A stretch of DNA of 64,000 bases from Paecilomyces variotii (taxonomy: Eukaryota): the NCBI GenBank assembly GCA_004022145.1, contig RCNU01000010.1; one strand, written 5' to 3'. The notes under the pieces are model-generated. The model did no database searches, was not told where the DNA came from, and worked only from the letters and a program-made list of their open reading frames with translations. The translations under genes and the position numbers were made by a program. Shown in pieces: positions 53,064 to 64,000 of the stretch. The number at the start of each line of letters is the position of its first letter. Positions within the stretch are counted from its first letter, which is position 1.

Positions 53064-56000
53064 GGCCGTAAAGGGTCCAAGTTCAGATGAATCTGAGACT
53101 CAAGATGTGGATGGATGGAGGGATGAAAGTGTGGCAATTGAGAAAAAGGTCGAGAGGTCACTAGACGGGATCAAAGGATCGCCCCGATGGGATGAATATT
53201 CACCAACAGAAGAACGATCAAAAGGGAAATCAGCCCGAGTCCAGACCACGAGAGAAGAGAAGCTACAATGCCATAACTTCCTCGTGGGCAGTTAAGCTCG
53301 TTGGTGACGTCAATGAGATGATAAGATGGGAACAGCTCTCTGATCGAGTCTTGAGGAGGCGAACTGGACAAAGAAGTAGTTAGCGGAGGCCAGCGGAGGG
53401 GTCCGGTGGCGGAACCAGAGTAAGGAAGCGTGCGAGGTCGATAATGTGAATTGTAAGTATGTAGCAGTTCAACTGACACAGATCCTTGACAATCACTCTG
53501 TGAAGAGTTGCGAGAGTCGAGACGATGGAACATGGGAGGTGGACTGATGAAGCTCTTATAACCTCCGGATCGGTGAACGGGAATGAATAAGCACGCAGTT
53601 CAGTCACCGAGATTACCTTTTTGAGAATCCCTCGTGGGCGAATGATACGCTTGGGCTTGCGCGATATTAGGGCGATCTGAGAAAGTAAGAGAGACGAAGA
53701 GTGAAAGGAGAGGCGGGGTGGAGGGGAAGAGAATGAAGAGAAGAGAAGAGAGGAGAGGCAGCCAGATTAAATGGCGAGATACGTGGATGATGGATGCATC
53801 CCCGCCATCATCGACTCGACAATTGAGAGTTAACAATCAATTAATTTATCTGGATCTTCCTTTGGTCCTTTCGTCTATTAAATTAAATTAAATTACCCCA
53901 CAAAACCTTGGCTGATCGACGGTGGCTGGTTAACTCAAGGGTCTAACTAACTAAAGTGTTAATTATCTCTCCATCTCGCTCTGGATTTGGTGCAGGTTTC
54001 CCCGACGGCTGGTTTGGCGCATCATCAACAGCATCATCGATGGACGGAAGAGAGAACGTTCATCCATCACCCAAGGTAACTCCATTCTCTCAAAGGACAT
54101 GAAACTGACTCTTCCACGGTCCATCGCTAACTCACATGCATCGTCTCGAGATCAATTGGATAGAACCCAGACACGTCCATCCATCCTCAACTGCGAGATG
54201 CAGCCCGCAATAAAAGCCATCCATCCAGATCCCCTGGTGAAACATCGTCAACTCTAAAAAGACAAGCCCAGACATGAGGGCAAGAGACTAGATTCTCCCT
54301 GGTCTCCACTGATCCTCGGCCGCTATGGTGATGGAGATGGATATACCCCGGAACTACGGACAATGGCCCAGTCAGCCGTGACTAGTTTCGCCCGTCATCA
54401 TCACTTCCCCGCGTTTTGACTCGAGGCCCGCGGTCAATCATTTTAGTTTCCATTCTTCCTACACGATCTAGCTCGCCATGGACAGCTGCTCATTCGCAGC
54501 CAAAGTGCACGGTCCTTTCCACTCGAAGCAAGCCATGGACCCTCACAAAAGAAGAAAAAGCTTCCTTTTAAAAAGCGGGAGGATGCTGTGCGTCTGACAG
54601 GCCCAGACATACGACCGAAAGGAAGCTTGTAGTAACGGTGGCTATCCGAAAATCCAAAGATAAGGGTCTCTTTACCTGACAGTCGCGCGATGTCGAACTA
54701 GCAGCCTATCTATCTGCAGAGAATGGCTTGGTGCTGCTTTCGAGAAAGATTCCCTTTTGTGCTTACTTCTCGCCGCGGGATCGCGTGTAGCGAGAAAGAA
54801 TAGACTCTCCTGTTGGAGATTATAACGTCACGAGTTCCAGGAATAAAGCCACATTGTCCGAGTCCGTGTCGATATCCTCTCCAAGGACAGACATCCCAGT
54901 CGAATAACCAAGGACTGCTGCACCACAGCGACAAGACAGCAGGGATTTCGACACACCAACCGACGGCATCCTCCATACTTACGACTAACCTGAAACCCAT
55001 CATTCCTGGTCTGCCAATCGAGTCCAATCCTGCCAGCAAACCCCACACGGTTATATATCACAGCATGTCGTAAAGGGAGCAGTCTAGCACACGAATGGCC
55101 GTCTTCAATGCAACATCATCACTACGACGACAGTCAAATCTCCTACTCTGGGAAGTTGCTCCACGTCAATCATGCAGTCCCCGAGTCATCTCATCCATAC
55201 AATAGCCTTTCCAGCCGCTTTCTCTCCGTAACCTTGTAAGCACGTTGCAAGCAGGGAGTCGATAGAGCGACACTGCCTCAGTAGTGAGTTCTCATTGACC
55301 CTTCGGTAAAGGAAAAGAAGACGACGAGACGATGGGTACTTACTAAAGTCACGTATATGCAGAGAACACGCGTGATGACTTGGCCGCTGTTTACAAGGGC
55401 CCCATATTCTTTTTTATAAAATAGGACTATATCTTGGACAGAGTTATCTAGAAAATCATTAGATTGAGACCTAGTCAACATAGAAAGTGTCTCCGCCTTT
55501 CTCCGGATGATGGATGAATCCTACCATTAATAGGACAAAGCCAGGGAGTTGAGAAGAAAAAAAGAAAGCGCATTTCAATATTCAAACTCTGCGTGATAAG
55601 ATCAACAGACCCAACGCTCTTTTTACACCCGCCATTATAAGTACCAATAAATTCTGAATGTGACAGGCCTAGCAAATCTAGTCTCAGTAGGCCATTTCTT
55701 TTTATAATTTATATTTTTTCTTCTTCTTTTAAATTGAGAATCCAATCACACATAAATAGGCAGGGGAAGTTAGTGAGTGGTTGGATGAAATCCCATCGGC
55801 TGGCTGACTGGAAACGTGGCTAAAGCGAACTACGTATCCCGATAGTGAATAATCTGCATCTTTATATGTCAGGTTGGCATGCATTCATAGAGTTCGGCTA
55901 TCTGTCCAGACATACAGAGTCTCAGATCCTCGAACAAAATAAGACATCAGTTGATTATCTCACGAAGGGATATCTGATAATACTTCCATATCCTTCTCTT

Positions 56001-57370
56001 GTGTGTTGGGATGATAAGAACTGTCCTCAATTCCTGCACTAGCATGTCTCAATGGCTTGCATAGGACTTCAGTGCCAGAGTCTTACGGTTAATTACTTTC
56101 TGGTTCCCTAGAGGCTGATCTACACAGCCTTAATAATTCACCAAAATCAATAAAAAAAAAAAAAGAAGAAGAAGAAGACGTTAGACACATCATCATACAT
56201 TCTATGTCCCTGAGCTAGTTTGTTTGGAAATCTCCATTATCGAAAGATATACATCAACCATCTGTTAGACCTGCTGCATTGACATACAAGAATTAAATCC
56301 TGGTTATGAACCAAGAGGAATGCACCAAGATGTAGAGTCGCCGTCGCTCGCACCATTTAACATATGGAGACCCTTCTGGAAAGAAAACAGTCTTCGCACA
56401 CATTGCATGTGTCATGTACTTTAATATGGAAAGCTGGTGTTTCTGATCCAAAGCAAGTAAGAGTAGTGACTGAACTGAATCAGAGCTCGATCTTGTAGTA
56501 TATACGAGTCTAATAGACCCATCGCACGATAATAAAAAGGCTCTAATTGTGCATCCATCAAAGAAGCAGACAGGTGAACCCGTACTATATTTTGTAAAAT
56601 CAGAAATACTGAGAACCTGAAGTATTACCATTTCTGGTTTACTCCTATCTTTGACATAAGCCCGCGCTACTGAGAGATGGTAGCAGGATACCAATCGAGG
56701 AGAAAAACCTTTGTTGAAGGCGGGTCTCATCTGATTCGATTCACTGGTAGTCGATGGTAACGACTTCTTCTTGGATAACCCAAGAGAATCCGGTGGCTTC
56801 GTATCTGAACGAGATCCGGATACTTTGTCCTTAAACCTGTCATATAGATAGACGCGCATGTAAAGCGTCGATACTCTTGAAAAGGCCGCTGGAAGGAACT
56901 GAAAAACCGCGTGATTTGAATATGGGCCTGTTTCATGTAGGCTATTCGAGTTGAAAGAACCCTATCGACTTGACGTACGCATGGCGATGTCTCCGTCATT
57001 CGAGCAACCATGATCCCTTTCAATTTCCATATCCAAGACCAAACGAAACAGATCTTCTGTCTCCCCCCATGCATAAATAAAGATCCATCACCTCTCATAT
57101 CAAGCTTTGCGCAAACTCTTCTCATGTGAGCGGTACTATGAAAAGATATACCGACGGTACGCGGGGGTTAATTAATTAATTAGCTCTGACAACAACGGTC
57201 AACCTAACTTCTAAGTAAGAAATGCGGGGTTCCCCGGGTTTATGCAGCTATCCGAACCAATCGGATGATCGGTTCCCGATCGCCATTGAGATAAGTATTT
57301 TGTGTCTCCGAGGAAAAGCTTCTAGTTGCCTATTACTCTGCATTAAGTTACTTGGAGTAGATTACTGGGT

Positions 57371-57395
57371 GGGGGGGGGGGGGGGGGGGGGGGGG
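57371..57395 (+). repeat. Poly-G tract (G25)
   Basis: Read directly from the sequence. Confidence 0.9.
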
Positions 57396-59519
57396 ATTTG
57401 TTGGAATTACACGCCATTGGCTGCTATGAATATTGTGGCTTAGGTATCAATATACTTAGAGCTGAGAGTATGAACTAATCTCTACATACATACATACCGA
57501 ACGGGTACGCAACTGCTGCCCAGACCGAGTTCTAAGATATATTCGATCTAAAGGTTTGCAATTACTTATTATGTGATTTTGACATACTGTGAGAACCTCA
57601 CCTTTAGCCAGGCTAGACATTTAGGCTCCAGGAATCGCACGATACAGTCGTCGAACGCAGCCTTCTTCACAGCAATTACTAGAACATAGCCTGCTATAGT
57701 TAACCAACACCTTGAAGAAATATCCACCTACCTATAATCCAAGCGAACTACGTCGGTCCTACCAGCTATCTATCTACTTATCCCATGGTATCGAGTCCTT
57801 CTGTTTATATCCAAATTCACAGTAATGGCAATTGATCCGCGTTTCAGATATATTCTGATCCATACCAGGCTTCTCTCTAGACGAATCTTCCAAGGTAAAG
57901 TAGAATAAGAAAGTACCTACCTACCTAATAAAAGAGTCGCGATAGAAGTTCGGAACGCCAGTCAGGTGACTCGCTGGCGAGACATCGTTTGTATTTAAAA
58001 GGGGTGAACTTAAGTCTATAAGATAGATCGCATTCTAAAAATTCAATACAAGAATACAAAAGTATTCTGCTACAAGTCTTTCATTTGCTGGATGCTCTCG
58101 GATGCCCTGAATAACAGCATATTCACAGCTCACATTGCTCGATGAAGCAGATGACGTTGAGCCGAAACACCAGCAATGCCACCTGGAGACACACCAATTC
58201 GTTGTATCGTGGCATATTCACATGTCTCTGTACATGAATAAGACGCTATCAAGTAAATACTACGCCACTTGATCAGAAAGCGCTCGCGTGTGTAGACTCC
58301 AATCCCATACGGAGCCATTCATTTTACCCTTAGGGCTTGAGCAACAGCTGACAGCGGGAAGCGGGTCCCACCCGGCCATGTAGTTACTCTACAATCTAAC
58401 CACATGCGAAAGACAGTTCGGTATGTATCGAGAAGCAGGAAAGGGCCCGAGAGTGACAAAGCCATGTGATAGCCACGGTCACATCAGGATAGCCCCATGT
58501 GCGTGAAGAGTATATTTGTTTGACGCCGTATCCACTCTATTCCATCTGGCCTCCCAAAAATGATTCGCCACGCCTTTGCTGAGGTATCTATGTCTAATGC
58601 TGTCGCGTATATGTAATGGTATAATGTAGGGGCATCGCAAGAAAAGAAAAAAGAGCCAGTGTTCTATCAGAAATGACTCTAAGGAGGCTGCGACGTAAAG
58701 AACTTGAAAATGAGAGAACAGTATGCAAGAACAAACGAGACTCGAATTTGTCAAACCCCTCCAAATAGCAAGTCTAAGGCGGTGAAACACATGCGGAAAA
58801 GACTGCAGTATATACTGAGACAGCTGGCAACAGGCTTTCTCGAGACGTCCAACTCCCGAAACAACCATGAGCATTCTGCAAAGATGCACAATGATTCTGC
58901 AGAAAACACGACTGAATAGTCAGAGGGGAGACTTGTCTATATAAGATCAAAAGAAACCCGCAAACTGTTCATGATTCATAACACCGTAGACGTCGTCGAA
59001 CTGCTGGGGATCGCATCAACTCATAAAAAGTGCCGTCTGAAAAGAGAGAAAAAGCAAAATGAAAAATAAATATCCACCAGGACGTCGTCGTGTCGCGTAA
59101 TGCATAAAAAAAGTAGATGAAGGAGAAAAGAAGAAAGGGGATTTATACATATAGTTAGTACCAAAGAAGATACAAGAAGGGAACATCAAATAAATATAGA
59201 AAGTGTAAAATCTGTTGCCAGAATTAAGAATTGAAAGGCAGAGCTCTGACTCATGTGCGTTATCTGCATTATCCAAAAAAGGATATCAGAAAAAGAAACG
59301 AGAAACAATAAAAAAAAATTACATGATGATTGTTGTCTTACCCGTTTCCCGTTAAATAAAAATGCATGACTGCTTTTTGGTATTGCTCTTTGCCCAGATA
59401 CCCCGAACCCATGACCCCAATTTACGACCGCCTCTAATGCAAATTCGAACCAGATCATTCCGTGCATTATATCATGAGTGAAAAGAAAGAAGCCTTCCCG
59501 GTGGGAACGGCGTTCTGTC

Positions 59520-61778
59520 TCAATAAGGAGACTGCGGCGGCAGGTGATAGGAGTGCGGTTGTCCGCTAGATGAGCCCAGTGACGTGGATGAAGCCGTAGG
59601 TTGGACATGGAACAACTGCGTAAGCTTCCTTCCGACGCTGGGTTCGATCTCCGTCCCGTCTCGAGCAATCTTGACCTCGCGGTTGGCGTTCCACGGGTTA
59701 CGGAGACCGCGTGTGCGATAGAAGGGAAGACGACCAGTCGACATCCACTCAATCCTGAAGGGCTTTCCGAAGGACTGAGTACCGGTTGTCCCAGCTTCTT
59801 CGGTCGTCTCTTCCACGCTTTTCTCGCTCCGTGTGCCGTCGTCGTCCTCGTCTTCCGATGAATTTGCCTCCCAGAAGATGGTTCCTCGGGCAGAATCATC
59901 GATGATACGGCCCTTAGGTGCTGTCGCCGTTGCCTCCGTGGCAGTGACATTCAGGATCTCCGGTTCGGCTGGTACGTTTGGGCGTGATGGCATTTCTAGC
60001 GTTTGTGATTCCTCGTCATTGATTGGAGATATCATCCGTGCATACCCGAAATATTCTCCAGACTTGTTGGCAGAGAATATGAGATAGACATTGTCCGCAG
60101 TCTGCAGAAGAGGAAACGGGTTAGTACTTATCCTGGGATCTCGAGAGCGTCCGGATCTGAATTCACGAATCGATGCGTTTATACTCACCTCATATGCTCT
60201 GTTCAGGGTAGCTTCGTTATGAGCCTGGGTAGCCCAAATGCCACTCTGCCTGCTCAGCTCAAGATCTTCCACCGTCAAACTTTTGACGATGAAGTACCTT
60301 TCCGGAACTCTGGCCGTGGAAGGCGGCTGGGGCTTCTCTGGAGCACCTTCGTTTGCAGCTCCGCTTTCTTGAGAAGATCCAGCTTCTTCGTCCACAAAAT
60401 CAATGGGGCCTTCTTGGGTCCGTGGGGATTGTGTCGCTGGTGATGATGGAACGGTCGTGGTTACACTGGAGCCCGGTATGGTTAAACCCCTTCTTAGTCT
60501 GCAGACAAGGCGCACGCCTTGGAATCTTGAATCATGGAATCTAGCCATGGCAGCGGTGCATGCGGCATCGGTCTTATAGTTCACAAAGGCGCAGTTGCTC
60601 TTCGAGATCAGAAACACGCTTTCGATGTCGTCGGTGGCGTCACGAGAGAAGTGATCTTTGAGGTCGACAACGTTGGCACCCGGGGGCAGGTTTCCAACCC
60701 ATAAAGCATGTCCCGACTGTTTCGGCTTCCTGGGAGGCCCCCGCGGAGTACTTGGCCCTGAGATTGACGGTAGCCGTTGCGGGGATGAGTCTAGAAGTCG
60801 GGGATCAGTAAGGAATAGAGGTTGAGATTGGTAGAATCCGATGCGCCCAGGCGCTCTTGGCTTACCCTGCATCTGCGACATCGCCCGGCCGGTCTGACCA
60901 GGAGAGGATCCATCCACGATCGTGCTGGCAACATCGTAAACTGCCGTTGACGGACGACGTTCTGGTTCTTTTCGAGGCGCAACTGTCGCAGAGCTGGGAG
61001 CCCCCTGGTGAGTCATGTATTCTGTAGCTTGCTGGCGCTGGTGCATCGGAACCCCGGCTTGCATAGTTTGACCAAACGAAGGCGCATATGGCTGAGGATG
61101 ATAGTAGGCTTGGCCGTAGACCGGGGCTTGACCTGAGACCACCGTACTCTGGTGGGCCGGCGAGCTTTGTATATATGGTTGATATCCAGAAGCACCATGA
61201 AGATGCGCATGCTGAGATTGCTGACCGTAGGCAGTCTGGAATGCTGGAGAATAAGGAATATTATAGGCCGGATTCCCACCTGGTACCTGCCCAGGAAAAT
61301 GGGACATCTGTGGAATAGGGTATACCATGCCCTGAGACTGATGCAGAGAAAGGAAATGCTGTTGCATGGATTGCTGGTCGAAGGGCATGGCTGGTGGCTG
61401 ATAGCTAGGCAATGCAGAACTCATCTCACCCATGCTTAGGGCAGATGGCCGACCACCCTGGCCGGTTGCTGTTGTGACAAAGCCATGAGGACCGGCATAA
61501 TACTCGACACCTACCGGACGTAACGCTTGGGCAACCGACTGTGTCGGTGTCGACTGCGTGTGGCCCGGTGGATTGGTGTCTGTAGGAGAGAAGGTCGGAC
61601 ACATCAGCATGAAAAGGTCCCAGGTGTTGTGCTGTGGTGCGCACACAAATGCCGTTTTGGGAAAGTCAGACGACATACCATGTACCCTCGTCGACACAGA
61701 TGGTTTTCGCGTAGATGAGGCTTCTTCCACAGCTGCTCCCCGGGGTGACTTGGTCTGATCAGAAGGAACATCGCCCAT
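59520..61778 (-). CDS. RRM + YTH (YT521-B-like) domain RNA-binding protein; predicted introns 61580-61678, 60791-60865, 60102-60188
   Basis: Q/P/Y-rich low-complexity N-terminus; RRM motifs ALWVGNLPP..KSNCAFVNY; YTH motifs RYFIVKS..GIWATQAHNE..VYLIFSANKSGEYFGYARM..FRIEW..LRNPWNANREVKIARDGTEIEP. Confidence 0.92.
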   Translation of the reverse strand: MGDVPSDQTKSPRGAAVEEASSTRKPSVSTRVHGMSSDFPKTAFVCAPQHNTWDLFMLMCPTFSPTDTNPPGHTQSTPTQSVAQALRPVGVEYYAGPHGFVTTATGQGGRPSALSMGEMSSALPSYQPPAMPFDQQSMQQHFLSLHQSQGMVYPIPQMSHFPGQVPGGNPAYNIPYSPAFQTAYGQQSQHAHLHGASGYQPYIQSSPAHQSTVVSGQAPVYGQAYYHPQPYAPSFGQTMQAGVPMHQRQQATEYMTHQGAPSSATVAPRKEPERRPSTAVYDVASTIVDGSSPGQTGRAMSQMQGKPRAPGRIGFYQSQPLFLTDPRLLDSSPQRLPSISGPSTPRGPPRKPKQSGHALWVGNLPPGANVVDLKDHFSRDATDDIESVFLISKSNCAFVNYKTDAACTAAMARFHDSRFQGVRLVCRLRRGLTIPGSSVTTTVPSSPATQSPRTQEGPIDFVDEEAGSSQESGAANEGAPEKPQPPSTARVPERYFIVKSLTVEDLELSRQSGIWATQAHNEATLNRAYEVSINASIREFRSGRSRDPRISTNPFPLLQTADNVYLIFSANKSGEYFGYARMISPINDEESQTLEMPSRPNVPAEPEILNVTATEATATAPKGRIIDDSARGTIFWEANSSEDEDDDGTRSEKSVEETTEEAGTTGTQSFGKPFRIEWMSTGRLPFYRTRGLRNPWNANREVKIARDGTEIEPSVGRKLTQLFHVQPTASSTSLGSSSGQPHSYHLPPQSPY

Positions 61779-64000
61779 GGGGCCGTCTTAGGAGGTACCA
61801 GACGCTGTAATCCAGAGAGAAAGAGAATACTTTCGTTCTACAGTCAGTGGCCATCCGGTAGAAAAACAAAACCACAACCAAAATGAGGGGTATCCTCTCT
61901 TTAATCCCTCGCGGGGAGACTCACACGAAGAGAAAAAGAGAAGATAGCACGACAAACACTTACCGTTCGCAACGTGCCACTCTGCACCGATATGTGGCCA
62001 CCGATAATCTAACACTGGAAATACAGACCGGTCAGGACTCTTGCTGGAAAACACACTTCTATCACAAGAACGCCTGTTTCTTGTAGAAAAGAGACGACGA
62101 GACAACCCAGGATAGATATATGAACCCAACGCGTGGCAGCCAAGGCAAAGGAAAAGGAAACGAATATCAAAAAGGACCCAAGAGGAAGGCCGTTATGCAA
62201 CGGCAGTATCCGAGATCAGAAGAATGATGCCGGTAGAGAGTCCTGAAGCCGACAGTGGGTGGACAAAGAAAAGAGGACTAGCGAGCGGAAATCTTATCCC
62301 ACGGAGCGAGGCTCACGCCAGACAAGAACCCGGTCAACCTTCTTTTCAGTTGTTTAGCCTCCCTAGACCACGTCGAGCGGGGACGTGCCGGCTACGAGTC
62401 GGGGGTTATTCTCAAGAGGCGGAGTGGAGCTGGACTGTGAGGGGAGTGAAACGGTTTTAAAGGGGATCAAGAGGCAGCAGACAAAATGCAGAGAGGGATG
62501 AATGAGGCAATAAGTCGATTGGGGATGGAGAACAAGCGACGGGGGCAGGGAATCAGTGGCGGACTGCCCTGGCCAGACGCTTCTTTGCTCGCTATCTCTC
62601 TGTCTGTCTGTCTGTCTGTCTCTGCGATTCTGGTGCTATCCTCTGTTTTCTCCTCCAATCGCCCGACAAGGCCAATATCGGAGATGACCCCCAAAAAGGA
62701 CGGTGGTATAGGCGGGAAAGGATAACGAAGAGGGACGTGGAAAGAAGATGAAAAGAAAAGAGGCACAGTGGCCGGTGGAACGGTGGAGGGATCCCTTACT
62801 ACAATCCTACGCCGCAAATGTCGGGTGCCGACCTGAGAGGTCGTTATTTTGCCCTTCTAGATTGGTCAAGTAACGATCACTTGAGTCGATGAGATGTTGG
62901 TGATTGTCGAGCTCCCAACAGAGATGACCTTTTTTTTAAGATATCTCAGGATTCGCAGCTCCAATGCTCCAATGGAAGTTTCCGGAAGTTACCCGTATGG
63001 AGGAGAAACCACCACGGGTTCTTTAATGGGAGGCTACTTCCGGTTTCTGGCTCCGTCAGTGTCTCTGGTATATCCAAGACCTTTCAGATTGCAATCAGCT
63101 TTTCCATCAGCTCTCTGGATTGTCCCGTGAGGAAGCGATTAATATTGGTAGCAGGCGAGACGGAATAAATAAGAGATGAGATGAGCGAGAGTCGACGTCA
63201 ACAAATCACCGTTATCATTTGACAAGTCCAGAAAACGTCAAAGCCACGCGCATACAAGTCGTGCAAGATGTGGAGAAGCTCGTCAGGTAAAGATTGAGGG
63301 AGTTGGAGGGACAGGCACTGCTCGTTTTGCATACATGCCACGCTCGCAAAGAAAAAGAGACGCCGCTGGGTGGCGGAGTTCCCTACCGCTCTGGAGGATC
63401 TGCGTGGGCAAGCGACAGGAACGTTGCCTCGCCGAGCTATTGCCAGATGACAATTATGCGTGCTCGAATGGGGTACGCACCAGAGATCCGCAGCTGTTCG
63501 GTGGCCTCTCGTGTTTTTTTGCTTTCTCTGTTGCGTGGTCAAGCTAGCGGGACCGGGTCAATGCCCGGACGAGATTTTGGCGATATGGGGAAGGCCAGTG
63601 GTTGCGCCTAGGGATGAACGGCTGTGGCTGGAGCAGAGTAGCAACGGGGTCAAGACCAATGCACACCTCGTTCTCTTTTTTCCTTCAGAATGCCTAGAAT
63701 CTCCCAAGGGCTTTTGTCTTCCAGATTGCAATTGGCCGGGGACTCTACCGTTCGTGACCAGAAGACAGGAATTAATGGGTGGATAAGTTATCTGGGGCTA
63801 AAGAAGGAATGGAAAGAAGCAAAATTCGGTTCAGCCCCGTTGAAGATGAGCGACAAGACTCGAGGATTATTGGGTGATACCATGTAGCTTTGTTCTGGGG
63901 TGCATTGCGGATACGGTTGAGCAGTTCAATTTAAGCCCCCGTCTATAGGAGTATACCATACTCCCAGGAACGGAACGGGCCAGCCGAGAAGGCAAGAGAG

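Noticed and set aside
54607..54640. ACATACGACC resembling the 5' end of fungal 5S rRNA
   Set aside because: Similarity stops after about 10 nt and no internal 5S sequence follows.
59186..59950. 254-aa alternate-frame ORF over the end of the YTH gene
   Set aside because: Non-ATG start, runs into T-rich 3'UTR sequence; no sign of function.

Overview
Intron-rich, gene-dense eukaryotic DNA from a filamentous ascomycete. Eurotiomycete/Aspergillus-like is my inference from protein similarity and the short GT..CTRAY..YAG introns. I can support 20 protein-coding genes: MRI1, RAMP4/Ysy6, AP-3 delta, EMC2, a Pro/His-rich protein with a ubiquitin-like domain, a synaptojanin, PXR1, DGAT2, a FUT8/NodZ-like glycosyltransferase, kinesin-7 KipA, Kin28/CDK7, Fyv4/mS41, CYP51B, Chk2, PI4-kinase Stt4, an MFS hexose transporter, a Ser-rich hypothetical protein, an RRM+YTH protein, and two small uncharacterised coiled-coil genes. 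Three of these (1777-2179, 2953-3313, 17492-18042) are missing from the ORF track and were rebuilt by hand from splice signals. I found no tRNA, rRNA, CRISPR, intact transposon or secondary-metabolite cluster, and no clear-cut new multi-gene system. The best leads are: (1) an RRM-YTH gene whose three introns are all 3n and stop-free; (2) a type II membrane protein with all three GDP-fucose transferase motifs; (3) a TAACTAGTTA palindrome recurring about 230-400 bp upstream of many start codons; (4) an SREBP-type element and a perfect 14-bp inverted repeat upstream of cyp51; (5) the two small coiled-coil genes. Exon boundaries were read by eye and may be off by a few bases.
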